Positions 33,200 through 42,249 of a DNA stretch of 64,000 nt are shown here, one piece after another. The stretch's first letter is position 1. Each line of letters opens with the position of its first letter. The position numbers and the translations under genes are program-made. This DNA comes from Lachnospiraceae bacterium. GTDB lineage: Bacteria; Bacillota; Clostridia; Lachnospirales; Lachnospiraceae. The stretch spans positions 6,379 to 70,378 of the forward strand of contig JAFQZU010000004.1 in NCBI GenBank assembly GCA_017405805.1, given 5' to 3'. Under the pieces are notes generated by a model. That model was not told the DNA's origin and searched no databases. It saw only the letters and a list, made by a program, of their open reading frames with translations.

Positions 33200-34963
33200 A
33201 TGAAAAAGAACTATATGATAGCAATCACCTCAGCACTGGCAATCACTGCGGCGGGAGCGGCCATCGGACAGGTTCCGGCGGGAGCGGACCGCACTGCGAA
33301 GACAGGGATCCCCTACGAGGAGGCGATTGCTTCTTTATATGAAAAGAGCGATTCGATCACGGACGAGGAGATCCTCGAGATCGCGAGAAATATCGAGCCC
33401 GACCTGCGGGAAGTGGAGGCGGAGATCGGCGGCAGACAGGCAGAGGCGGTCGCGGAAGCCCTGAAGGCCTATGAGGAGGAGAAGTGCTCCTATATTCTGG
33501 CGGACAAGGCGCCCGCGGACAAAGAGGACGGCATTCACTGCGAGTGGGACAGGCAGGAAGCCTACACCATGATGAGCTTTACCCCCGCGCAGACGCTGAC
33601 GGCGCTGCTCCCGGGCATCTCCGTGACGGACTGCAGCGTGCAGGACGGAGAAGTCACCGTAAAGGTGGACGAGTGGGTCACGCAGACTTATACGGAGGGA
33701 CAGGATACGTCCGTGGAGAACGTATCGGCTTACCGCTACTACTACACATGCACACTGGCAAAGGATGAGAGCGGCGCGTGGACGGTGACGGACGTCACCG
33801 GCACGGACCGGAACTTTGCCTGGATGGAAGACGCGCAGGTCCAGGAGGCCATGGCCGGCCTTGCGGACGGACAGGAGCAGGAGACCGCAGCCTCCGGAAA
33901 CGGCATGTACGGCGTGGCATCTCTCGAGCTTTACGGCGCCGTTTCCTATACCTACAATCCCGATAAGGCGGTCGCCTACGCAGATAAGTGGGCCACCTCC
34001 CGCAACCCCGAGTACAGACAGTATCCCGGCGTGGACTGCTGCAATTTCGTTTCCCAGTGCCTGTACGCCGGCGGCATGCCCAAGAGCGATAAGTGGTATC
34101 CGGCTTCTTACTGCTGGATCAACTGCTCGGGCGCCATCGCCCATTTCAAGGAGTACGGGACCTTCATGAAGGCCGAGAACGGCAATGTCTGCAAGGGCAA
34201 TCCCGTCTACTACGACTGGAACAGCAACGGCGTGTATGACCACACGGCCATCTGCGTCGGCAAAAACGCCAGCGGCACCCCCATCGTGGACGCGCACACC
34301 GGCGACCACTACCACGTCAGCTGGTCCCTGGGCAGCAACGGCACCCGCGCTACCATCCAGCTCCGCGGCAACGGCTCCAACACGTCTGCGGGCACCAACA
34401 AGGCCGGCACCTGGAAGAAGAGCCAGGGCAGCTGGTACTATGTGAACGAAAACAACAAAAAGATCACCGGCTGGGTCCAGTACAACGGCAGCTGGTACTA
34501 TCTCGAAAAGAAGCACGGAAAGATGCATACCGGCTGGCTCAAGTCCGGCAAGACCTGGTATTTCCTCCGCTCCGACGGCAAAATGTTCAAGAACGGCTGG
34601 CTGAAGATCAGCGGGAAGTACTACTATTTTGACGGATACGGGATCATGAAGACCGGCTGGCTCCGCGACAGCGGCAAGTATTACTATCTCGGCACCGACG
34701 GCGCCATGCAGACGGGCCTGATCAGCATCAGCGGCAAAAAATACTACCTCAAAGGTGACGGTTCCATGGAAAAGGGACTTGTCAAGGCCGACGGCAAGCT
34801 GTACTATTTCGGAAATAACGGCGCGGCAGTGACCGGCTGGAAGACCATCGGGGGCAAGAAGTACTTCTTCAGCCCTTCCGCGGGCGGCGCGGCAGCTACG
34901 ACCTCGTGGATGATCAACGGAAAGATCTACCAGTTCGGCAGCGACGGCGTCCTGAAGGAGTGA
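33200..34963 (+). CDS. Secreted Amidase_6-domain protein with C-terminal cell-wall-binding repeats
   Basis: Signal peptide; YNPDKAVAYADKWA, DCCNFVSQCL, HTAI, DAHT; about 9 TGW/WYY repeats. Confidence 0.85.
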   Translation: MKKNYMIAITSALAITAAGAAIGQVPAGADRTAKTGIPYEEAIASLYEKSDSITDEEILEIARNIEPDLREVEAEIGGRQAEAVAEALKAYEEEKCSYILADKAPADKEDGIHCEWDRQEAYTMMSFTPAQTLTALLPGISVTDCSVQDGEVTVKVDEWVTQTYTEGQDTSVENVSAYRYYYTCTLAKDESGAWTVTDVTGTDRNFAWMEDAQVQEAMAGLADGQEQETAASGNGMYGVASLELYGAVSYTYNPDKAVAYADKWATSRNPEYRQYPGVDCCNFVSQCLYAGGMPKSDKWYPASYCWINCSGAIAHFKEYGTFMKAENGNVCKGNPVYYDWNSNGVYDHTAICVGKNASGTPIVDAHTGDHYHVSWSLGSNGTRATIQLRGNGSNTSAGTNKAGTWKKSQGSWYYVNENNKKITGWVQYNGSWYYLEKKHGKMHTGWLKSGKTWYFLRSDGKMFKNGWLKISGKYYYFDGYGIMKTGWLRDSGKYYYLGTDGAMQTGLISISGKKYYLKGDGSMEKGLVKADGKLYYFGNNGAAVTGWKTIGGKKYFFSPSAGGAAATTSWMINGKIYQFGSDGVLKE

Positions 34964-34970
34964 GCGGGAT

Positions 34971-35696
34971 ATGTATAGTTTTGACGGAAGGATACGTTTC
35001 AGCGAGGTGGGAGAGGATCTTCTCCTGACCCCGGAGTCTTTGATCGATTATTACCAGGACTGCTCTACATTCCAGTCGGAGGACCTGGGGATCGGCCTTA
35101 AGTTCCTGCGGGAGCAGGGGTTTGCATGGCTGATCAACTACTGGCAGATCGATATCCTGCGCTATCCTGCGCTGGGAGAGTGTGTGCGGACGGGAACGTC
35201 CCCCTATCAGCTCCGCGGCTTTATGGGACTGAGAAACTTCATCATGGAGACGGCGCAGGGGGAGACGCTGGCACTGGCCAACTCCGTGTGGTCCCTGATC
35301 AATATGGATAAGATGCAGCCGGCCAGGATCCCGCAGTTCGTGGCGGAGCGCTACGAACTCTTCCCCAAATTCGACATGGAATATCTGCCCAGGAAGATCG
35401 CCGTCCCGCAGGAGGGCGGGGAGCCCTGCACGCCGGTGCAGGTGCAGCAGTATCACCTGGACACCAATCATCACGTAAACAACGGACAGTATCTCCGCAT
35501 GGCGTCGGCCCTTCTGCCGGAGGGAGCTAAGCCCCGCCGCATCAGGATCGCCTACCAGAGACAGGCGGTTTTGGGAGACGAGATCATCCCTGTGCGGTAC
35601 AGGACGGGGGAGGACACGGTCCTCGTAGCCCTGGACGGAATTGGCGGTAGTCCCTACGCCGCGGCGGAATTCGTCATGACAGAAAGGACGGAATAA
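34971..35696 (+). CDS. Acyl-[ACP] thioesterase
   Basis: IRFSE, YYQD, RYPALGE, LDTNHHVNNGQY. Confidence 0.9.
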   Translation: MYSFDGRIRFSEVGEDLLLTPESLIDYYQDCSTFQSEDLGIGLKFLREQGFAWLINYWQIDILRYPALGECVRTGTSPYQLRGFMGLRNFIMETAQGETLALANSVWSLINMDKMQPARIPQFVAERYELFPKFDMEYLPRKIAVPQEGGEPCTPVQVQQYHLDTNHHVNNGQYLRMASALLPEGAKPRRIRIAYQRQAVLGDEIIPVRYRTGEDTVLVALDGIGGSPYAAAEFVMTERTE

Positions 35697-35701
35697 CATT
35701 T

Positions 35702-36538
35702 ATGGAAATCGGCAGAAAACAGATCCTGCAGGTGGAAAAGCAGGTCCAGTTCGGCGTCTATCTCATTGACCCTCAGACGGAGGGGGAAGAGCATGTCCTC
35801 CTTCCCCAGTCCCAGGTCCCGGAGGGGACGAAGCAGGGGGATATGCTGGAGGTCTTTTTGTACAAGGATTCGGAGGACCGCCTGATCGCGACCCGCAAGA
35901 GCCCGCGCCTGCAGCTCCACGAGGTGGGGTATCTGCGCGTGGCGCAGGTGGGCAGAGTCGGGGCTTTCCTGGACTGGGGGCTGGACAAGGATCTGCTCCT
36001 TCCCTTCAGCGAGCAGCCCAGGGAGCGCGTCATCGAGGGACAGGAGGTGCTGGTCGCCGTCTATCTGGACAAGAGCGGCCGGCTGTGCGCGACCATGAAT
36101 GTCTATCCCTATCTGCGGACCGACAGCCCTTACAGCACGGGGGACCAGGTCACGGGCATCGTCTATGAGACCAGCCGCAATTTCGGGATCTTCGTGGCGG
36201 TGGACAGCATGTACTCGGCGCTGATCCCGCGCAGGGAGGTGATGCGGCCCCTCCGCGTCGGGGAGGTCGTCTCCGCCCGTGTCACACGGGTCAAGCCCGA
36301 CGGAAAGCTGGATCTGAGTCTTCGCGAAAAGGGCGTCCTCCAGATGGACCGGGATATGGAGACTCTGCTCAGGGCCCTGGAAAAGGCCGGCGGAACGCTG
36401 GATCTCTCGGACAGGAGCGACCCTGACCTGATCCGGGAAAAACTGGGCATGAGCAAGGGCGCTTTCAAGAGGGCGGCGGGCCATCTCTACAAGGAAGGGA
36501 AGCTGACCATAGAGGAGGACCGGATCCTGCGCAAGTGA
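35702..36538 (+). CDS. cvfB: CvfB/YitL S1 RNA-binding protein
   Basis: VFLYKDSEDRLIAT, GAFLDWGLDKDLLLPFSEQ, DGKLDLSLR, GMSKGAFKRAAGHLYK. Confidence 0.88.
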   Translation: MEIGRKQILQVEKQVQFGVYLIDPQTEGEEHVLLPQSQVPEGTKQGDMLEVFLYKDSEDRLIATRKSPRLQLHEVGYLRVAQVGRVGAFLDWGLDKDLLLPFSEQPRERVIEGQEVLVAVYLDKSGRLCATMNVYPYLRTDSPYSTGDQVTGIVYETSRNFGIFVAVDSMYSALIPRREVMRPLRVGEVVSARVTRVKPDGKLDLSLREKGVLQMDRDMETLLRALEKAGGTLDLSDRSDPDLIREKLGMSKGAFKRAAGHLYKEGKLTIEEDRILRK

Positions 36539-36588
36539 AAGATTGGGCAATTTTACCAGTTGAGAAGTCAAATATTTATGATAAGTAA

Positions 36589-36617
36589 AGCGCGCGAATG
36601 GGATATTTCGCGCGCTT
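36589..36617. terminator. Hairpin downstream of cvfB
   Basis: AAGCGCGCGAA-TGGGATAT-TTCGCGCGCTT. Confidence 0.6.
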
Positions 36618-36729
36618 ATCGTTATTATTGCTAAAAAAAACCCAATAATTTGTGGATATTTTTGGTATTTTGGTTTAAAATGTACCTGTAAAAAGTTGTG
36701 CTTACAGCAATATTCAAAAGAGGTCGAGC

Positions 36730-37818
36730 ATGATATCCAATCAGGTACTGCAAAATACGATAGAAGGCATTAAGGAAATCTCGCATCTTGAGCTGGGCAT
36801 TATGGATTCGGAGGGAAGGGAAGTGGCCGTGACGGCGCCGGTCTTTGCGGAGGCTTCCGCCGTAGTTCCGGAATTTGCGCTGTCTCCCGCGGATTCGCAG
36901 TCGGCGGGTCCCTATCAGTTCTTTAAGGTCATGGACGAGGCGCATCTTGAATACGTAATCGTCGTCTATGGGGAGACGGACAGCTCTCTCCTCATCGGAC
37001 GCATGGCAGCTTTCCAGATCCGCGGATTGATGAGTGCCTTCAAGGAGCGTTACGACAAGGACAGCTTCATGAAGAACCTTCTTCTGGACAACCTGCTCCT
37101 TGTGGACATCTACAGCAGGGCCAAGAAGCTCCGGATCCCGGCCGACGCTCAGAGAGTGGTCATGATCGTGGAGGCCGGTTCCGAGCGGGACAGAAACATT
37201 CTGGAGACAGTGCAGGAGTTCGCGGGCGCCACCTCGACGGATTTCGTCACGGCGGTGGACGAGAACAACGTCGTCATCGTCAAGGATCTGTCCGACGGCA
37301 GCCGCTCCCGGGATATTGAAAAAGCGGCGGCCATGATCGACGCGCACCTGCAGAAGGCGGGCATCACCGGCGTCCGGATCGCCTACGGCACGGTCGTGAA
37401 CGACATCAAGGAAGTGAGCCGGTCCTACAAGGAAGCGAAAATGGCGCTGGACGTCAGCAGAATTTTCTTTGAAGACAGCCGGGTCATCGCGTATAATGAG
37501 CTGGGCATAGGCAGACTGATCTATCAGCTGCCCATTCCCCTGTGCAAGATGTTCATCCGGGAGATCTTCAAGGGAAAGAACCCCGATGAGTTCGACCAGG
37601 AGACCCTGGCCACCATCAACAAGTTCTTTGAGAACAGTCTCAACGTGTCCGAGACCTCGCGCCAGCTGTTCATCCACCGCAACACGCTGGTGTACAGACT
37701 GGACAAACTCCAGAAGAGCACGGGTCTGGACCTGCGGGTATTCGAGGAGGCCATCACCTTCAAGATCGCCCTGATGGTCGTCAAGTACATGAAGTACATG
37801 GAGCAATACGATTTTTGA
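36730..37818 (+). CDS. PucR/CdaR-family transcriptional regulator
   Basis: C-terminal HTH LNVSETSRQLFIHRNTLVYRLDK; GIGRLIYQLP. Confidence 0.9.
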   Translation: MISNQVLQNTIEGIKEISHLELGIMDSEGREVAVTAPVFAEASAVVPEFALSPADSQSAGPYQFFKVMDEAHLEYVIVVYGETDSSLLIGRMAAFQIRGLMSAFKERYDKDSFMKNLLLDNLLLVDIYSRAKKLRIPADAQRVVMIVEAGSERDRNILETVQEFAGATSTDFVTAVDENNVVIVKDLSDGSRSRDIEKAAAMIDAHLQKAGITGVRIAYGTVVNDIKEVSRSYKEAKMALDVSRIFFEDSRVIAYNELGIGRLIYQLPIPLCKMFIREIFKGKNPDEFDQETLATINKFFENSLNVSETSRQLFIHRNTLVYRLDKLQKSTGLDLRVFEEAITFKIALMVVKYMKYMEQYDF

Positions 37819-37832
37819 CGGCAGGAGCATAA

Positions 37833-39104
37833 ATGGAGAAACAATCATATCAGGAGGCTTCGGACAGAGTGCAGTGGGGGCGGTATGAGGCGCCCCGCCG
37901 CAAGAGGGGCGCACTTTGGTTTGTTCTTGGGGCGCTCGCCGGTGCAGGCGGCGCGGTCATCGCAGGCGGCGCGGTCATGGCCTGGGGAAGCGGGCTCTTC
38001 CCTGCAGGGAAGGGCGCCGACGGTGCGGGAGGCACCGTGATCACCTCCCAGACGACGGAGAAGATCAGGGCGCTGGAGAGTTATATAGACCAGTTCTATC
38101 TCGAATCCGACAGTATCACTCAGCAGCAGAAAGCGGACGGGCTCTATAAGGGCCTGTTTCAGTCTCTGGGAGATCCCTATTCCGTGTATTATACGGCGGA
38201 GGAGATGGCCCAGATCGAGGAGGATACGGAGGGCGTCTACTACGGGATCGGCGCCTACATCGGAACGGACGAGGTGACGGGCGCGCCCATGATCACGGGC
38301 GTCATCAAGGCCTCTCCCGCCGAGAGCGGCGGGCTGATGGACGGAGACCTGCTCTACAAGGTGGATGACGAGGACGTCTCCTCCCTGAGTCTGGACGAGA
38401 TCGTCCGCAGGATCCGCGGACCGGAGGGAACCGTCGTTCATCTCTCCCTCTACCGCGACGGAGAGCTGGTGGAAGTGGACCTCACGAGGGCCCAGGTCAA
38501 TTCCCCCACGGTGGAATCGGAGGTCCTGGAGGACGGGATCGGATATCTGCAGATCACGGAATTCGACAATGTCACGGTGGGTCAGTTCGAGGAGAACATG
38601 CAGTCGCTCAGAGAGCAGGGCATCAAGGGACTCGTTCTGGATCTCCGCAACAATCCGGGCGGAAATGTGAGCGCGGTCACGAAGATCGCCGGGGAGATCC
38701 TCCCGAAGGGCCTGGTCTTCTACATGGAGGACAAGGCGGGGAGCCGGACGGAGTATACCTGCGACGGGGCGGATTTTGACCTTCCCCTGGTGGTCCTGGT
38801 CAACGGGAACAGCGCCAGCGCGGCGGAGATCCTCTCCGGGGCCGTCCAGGACGCCGGGATCGGAAAGCTCGTCGGGACCCAGACCTTCGGCAAGGGCGTG
38901 GTGCAGAACCTCATCCCCCTGTCGGACGGTACCGGCTTCAAGCTGACCGTAGCCGGATACTTCACCCGCGGCGGCAAGGATATCAACAAGGTCGGGATCA
39001 AGCCAGACGTGGAAGTGGAGCTGGACATCGACAAGTACCGCGAGGACAAGACCGATACCCAGCTGGACAAGGCGCTGGAAGTTCTCAGGGAAGAGATGAA
39101 ATAA
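37833..39104 (+). CDS. S41 C-terminal processing peptidase (PDZ)
   Basis: LGDPYSVY, LDLRNNPGG, SASAAEI, TFGKG, GIKPD. Confidence 0.93.
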   Translation: MEKQSYQEASDRVQWGRYEAPRRKRGALWFVLGALAGAGGAVIAGGAVMAWGSGLFPAGKGADGAGGTVITSQTTEKIRALESYIDQFYLESDSITQQQKADGLYKGLFQSLGDPYSVYYTAEEMAQIEEDTEGVYYGIGAYIGTDEVTGAPMITGVIKASPAESGGLMDGDLLYKVDDEDVSSLSLDEIVRRIRGPEGTVVHLSLYRDGELVEVDLTRAQVNSPTVESEVLEDGIGYLQITEFDNVTVGQFEENMQSLREQGIKGLVLDLRNNPGGNVSAVTKIAGEILPKGLVFYMEDKAGSRTEYTCDGADFDLPLVVLVNGNSASAAEILSGAVQDAGIGKLVGTQTFGKGVVQNLIPLSDGTGFKLTVAGYFTRGGKDINKVGIKPDVEVELDIDKYREDKTDTQLDKALEVLREEMK

Positions 39105-39186
39105 TTCTGTAACATATTGCCGGCGTATGGTATACTGTATTTGAAGCGTCTCCACATGAACGGGGATGCGGGAGAAGGATGACATC

Positions 39187-39363
39187 ATGCAATCTGACTG
39201 CAGCACCTGCATGTACTACTCCTACGACGAGGAGTACGGGGACTACATCTGCGACGCGGATATGGACGAGGACGAGTTCTACCGGTTTCTTTCCGACAGG
39301 CATGTCCAGTGTCCCTTTTACCGCAACGGGGATGAGTACATGGTAGTGCGCAGACAGATGTAG
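39187..39363 (+). CDS. DUF6472-like small Cys/acidic protein
   Basis: CSTCMYY.YDEEYGDYIC..MDEDE..CPFY..GDEY..VRRQM. Confidence 0.7.
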   Translation: MQSDCSTCMYYSYDEEYGDYICDADMDEDEFYRFLSDRHVQCPFYRNGDEYMVVRRQM

Positions 39364-39413
39364 CCGGTTCATGAAGGAAACTGTTATCGTCACATTATCA
39401 AAGGAGGTAAACT

Positions 39414-40715
39414 ATGGGACTGTTATTAGCGGCTGGTTCATCGCTCGCTTCCGTGCTCGGCGATCAGTGGCTTGAGTATTTCTACTGCTCCGAGATGGAT
39501 AGCAACACCCTCGTGAGAAAGGGAGAGCATCATCACGGCAAGAGCGGCCTCCTGAACAGGGGCGGTTCCGACAACGTGATCACCAACGGATCGACGATCG
39601 TCGTCAACGACGGCCAGTGTATGATCATCGTGGACCAGGGCGCCATCGTGGACGTCTGCGCGGAGCCCGGCGTCTATACCTATGATTCCTCTTCCGAGCC
39701 CAGCATTTTCTACGGCGGACTGGGCGACGGGATCAAGGAGACCTTCAAGAAATTCGCGGCGCGCGTCTCCTACGGCGGCGTGACGGCCAAGGACCAGAGG
39801 CTCTATTATTTCAACACCAAGGATATCCTGGGCAACAAGTACGGCACGGCAAGCCCGGTTCCCTTCCGCGTGGTGGACAACAACATCGGGCTGGACATGG
39901 ATATTGCCATCCGGTGCTTCGGCGAGTATTCCTACAGACTGATCGACCCGATCCTCTTCTATAAGAATGTCTGCGGCAACGTGGATTCCGTCTACACCAA
40001 GGACAGGATCGAGAGCCAGCTCCGGTCCGAGCTTCTGACGGCCCTGCAGCCCGCTTTTGCCAAGATCTCGGATATGGGTATCCGCTACAGCGCCCTTCCC
40101 GGACATGCGGACGACCTGGGCAAAGCGCTCAACGACGTCCTCTCCGAGACATGGGGACAGCAGTACGGCATCACCATCTCGGCTTTTGGCGTCAGCAGCG
40201 TCAAGGCGTCCGAAGAAGACGAGAAGATGATCAAGGAACTGCAGAGGACCGCAGTCTTCCGCAACGCCAACATGGCGGCTGCCACGAAGATCGACGCGGA
40301 GGCGCAGGCCATGAAGGACGCTGCCAAGAACCCCAACGGCGCAGCCATGGGCTTCTTCGGAATGGGTATGGCGCAGCAGGCGGCCGGCGGCGGAACCGAC
40401 GCGGCGACGCTCTTCTCCATGGGACAGCAGCAGAATGCGCAGATGCGGCCCGCTGCCGCGGCAGGCTGGAAGTGCCCCAAGTGCGGCCACGAAGGCAATA
40501 CCGGCAAGTTCTGCGGTGAGTGCGGAACGCCCAAGCCCGTTGAGGACGCAGGCTGGAAGTGCCCCAAGTGCGGTCACGAAGGCAATAAGGGCAAGTTCTG
40601 CAGCGAGTGCGGAAGCCCCAAGCCCGCGGACGACGGCGCTTGGAAGTGCCCCAAGTGCGGCCACGAGGGCAACACCGGCAAGTTCTGCGGTGAGTGCGGG
40701 ACGCCCAGACCCTGA
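39414..40715 (+). CDS. SPFH domain protein (YdjI-like) with three C-terminal zinc ribbons
   Basis: ITNGSTIVVNDGQ, KYGT.SP, IRCFGEYSY; 3x WKCPKCGHEGN.GKFC.ECG.P.P. Confidence 0.88.
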   Translation: MGLLLAAGSSLASVLGDQWLEYFYCSEMDSNTLVRKGEHHHGKSGLLNRGGSDNVITNGSTIVVNDGQCMIIVDQGAIVDVCAEPGVYTYDSSSEPSIFYGGLGDGIKETFKKFAARVSYGGVTAKDQRLYYFNTKDILGNKYGTASPVPFRVVDNNIGLDMDIAIRCFGEYSYRLIDPILFYKNVCGNVDSVYTKDRIESQLRSELLTALQPAFAKISDMGIRYSALPGHADDLGKALNDVLSETWGQQYGITISAFGVSSVKASEEDEKMIKELQRTAVFRNANMAAATKIDAEAQAMKDAAKNPNGAAMGFFGMGMAQQAAGGGTDAATLFSMGQQQNAQMRPAAAAGWKCPKCGHEGNTGKFCGECGTPKPVEDAGWKCPKCGHEGNKGKFCSECGSPKPADDGAWKCPKCGHEGNTGKFCGECGTPRP

Positions 40716-40769
40716 CAGGGCTTTTTCGGAATGATCATATGAAGACGGGGAATGGGGACAACCCGTGAG

Positions 40770-40830
40770 AAGAGGCGCGCAGCGGGGGGCTGTGCGCCTC
40801 TTATGTAACGGTATATATTGTAACGGTATA
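40770..40830. repeat. GC hairpin followed by a 15-bp-period direct repeat TGTAACGGTATA
   Basis: AAGAGGCGCGCAGC-GGGGG-GCTGTGCGCCTCTT, then TGTAACGGTATA at 40804 and 40819. Confidence 0.6.
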
Positions 40831-40872
40831 CATTGCTTTTGAGGGGGAGGATCCCCCGGAGGGGAGGCATGG

Positions 40873-42228
40873 ATGGCTGAGAAGATCACCGTATATCAGT
40901 GCCCGGCGTGCACGGGACCGCTGCATTTTGACGCGAAATCGGGAAAACTGCGCTGTGATTACTGCGGCGGGGAATACACCGTAGAAGAGGCCAGGGCGCA
41001 CTACGAGGCGAAGAACAAGGATGCCGCCGCGGCTGACCATGCGGCTGCGGAAAAGGCGGCGCAGAAGGAGGCCGAAGAGGCAAAAGCCCGCGAAGAGAGC
41101 GGGCAGGGTCCGGAGATGCCGTCCGACTGGGGCTCGGAGGCGGCGCATATGCGGGCTTACAGCTGCTCGTCCTGCGGCGCGGAGCTGATCTGCGACGATT
41201 CGACGGCGGCCACGAGCTGCCCCTACTGCGGCAATCCAACCATTATGCCCGGAAAATTCGACGGAAAGAACCGGCCGGATTACGTGATCCCCTTCAAGGT
41301 GGAGAAGAAGGAGGCGGTCGAGGCGCTCAAGGGCTACTACAAGGGGCGGTTCCTCCTCCCCGGCACCTTTGCGGCCCAGAATCACATCGAGGAGATCACG
41401 GGCGTGTATGTCCCCTTCTGGATGTTCTCGGGCCAGGTGGAGAGCAAACTGGACTACGACGCCCGGAAGGTCACCAAGGAAAAGAGCGGCGACACGGAGA
41501 TCACGACCACGGAATACTACGACGTGCACCGCGAGGGCGTCATGCGCTTCAGCCAGATCCCGGTGGACGCTTCGACCAAGATGCCCGACGACCTGATGGA
41601 TTCCATCGAGCCCTATGACTATAAGCAGCTTAAGCCCTTCGCCATGGAGTATATGCCGGGCTATCTGGCCAACAAATACGACGTCCCCGTGGAGGAGTGT
41701 CAGAAGCGCGCCGATGAGCGGGCCGTCAGCTCCACCCACGAGGCCATCCGGCAGACCGTCAAAAACTACACCAGCGCCAACATCCGCACCAAACAGGACA
41801 AGGTCACCTGCGAGAAGGTCGAATACGGCATGCTACCGGTATGGCTTTTGAACACCAAGTGGGACGGCAAGGATTTTCTGTTCGCCATGAACGGGCAGAG
41901 CGGCAAAATGATCGGCGACCTGCCGGTCTCCACGCCCAGGCTGGTCGGGATCACGGCGGCGATTTTCGCGGTGATCTTCGGGCTGCTTCACTTTGTCATT
42001 CTGACCGGCGGAAACGACAGCACCCTGGTCAGCATCATCGCGGGCGCCATCGTGGCGGGGATCGCCGCGCTGGTCATGAAGGGCAGCATGAAGCCGGTGC
42101 AGAGGAGCCATTCGGCGAAGGCGTATGTCTCCAAGGAGTGGGGATTTAAGATCCTGGCGCAGAACGACCGGTTTGTGAAAAGGGAGCAGAAAAAAGAGCA
42201 GAAAAAGGAGCAGGCTAAAAAGGCCTGA
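40873..42228 (+). CDS. Zinc-ribbon membrane protein (YdjG-like)
   Basis: CPACTG..CDYCG; CSSCGA..CPYCG; PDYVIPF; YVPFW; LPVW..AMNGQSGK..G; two C-terminal TM. Confidence 0.75.
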   Translation: MAEKITVYQCPACTGPLHFDAKSGKLRCDYCGGEYTVEEARAHYEAKNKDAAAADHAAAEKAAQKEAEEAKAREESGQGPEMPSDWGSEAAHMRAYSCSSCGAELICDDSTAATSCPYCGNPTIMPGKFDGKNRPDYVIPFKVEKKEAVEALKGYYKGRFLLPGTFAAQNHIEEITGVYVPFWMFSGQVESKLDYDARKVTKEKSGDTEITTTEYYDVHREGVMRFSQIPVDASTKMPDDLMDSIEPYDYKQLKPFAMEYMPGYLANKYDVPVEECQKRADERAVSSTHEAIRQTVKNYTSANIRTKQDKVTCEKVEYGMLPVWLLNTKWDGKDFLFAMNGQSGKMIGDLPVSTPRLVGITAAIFAVIFGLLHFVILTGGNDSTLVSIIAGAIVAGIAALVMKGSMKPVQRSHSAKAYVSKEWGFKILAQNDRFVKREQKKEQKKEQAKKA

Positions 42229-42249
42229 TCGCGCTGAGCAGGAGAAGGA

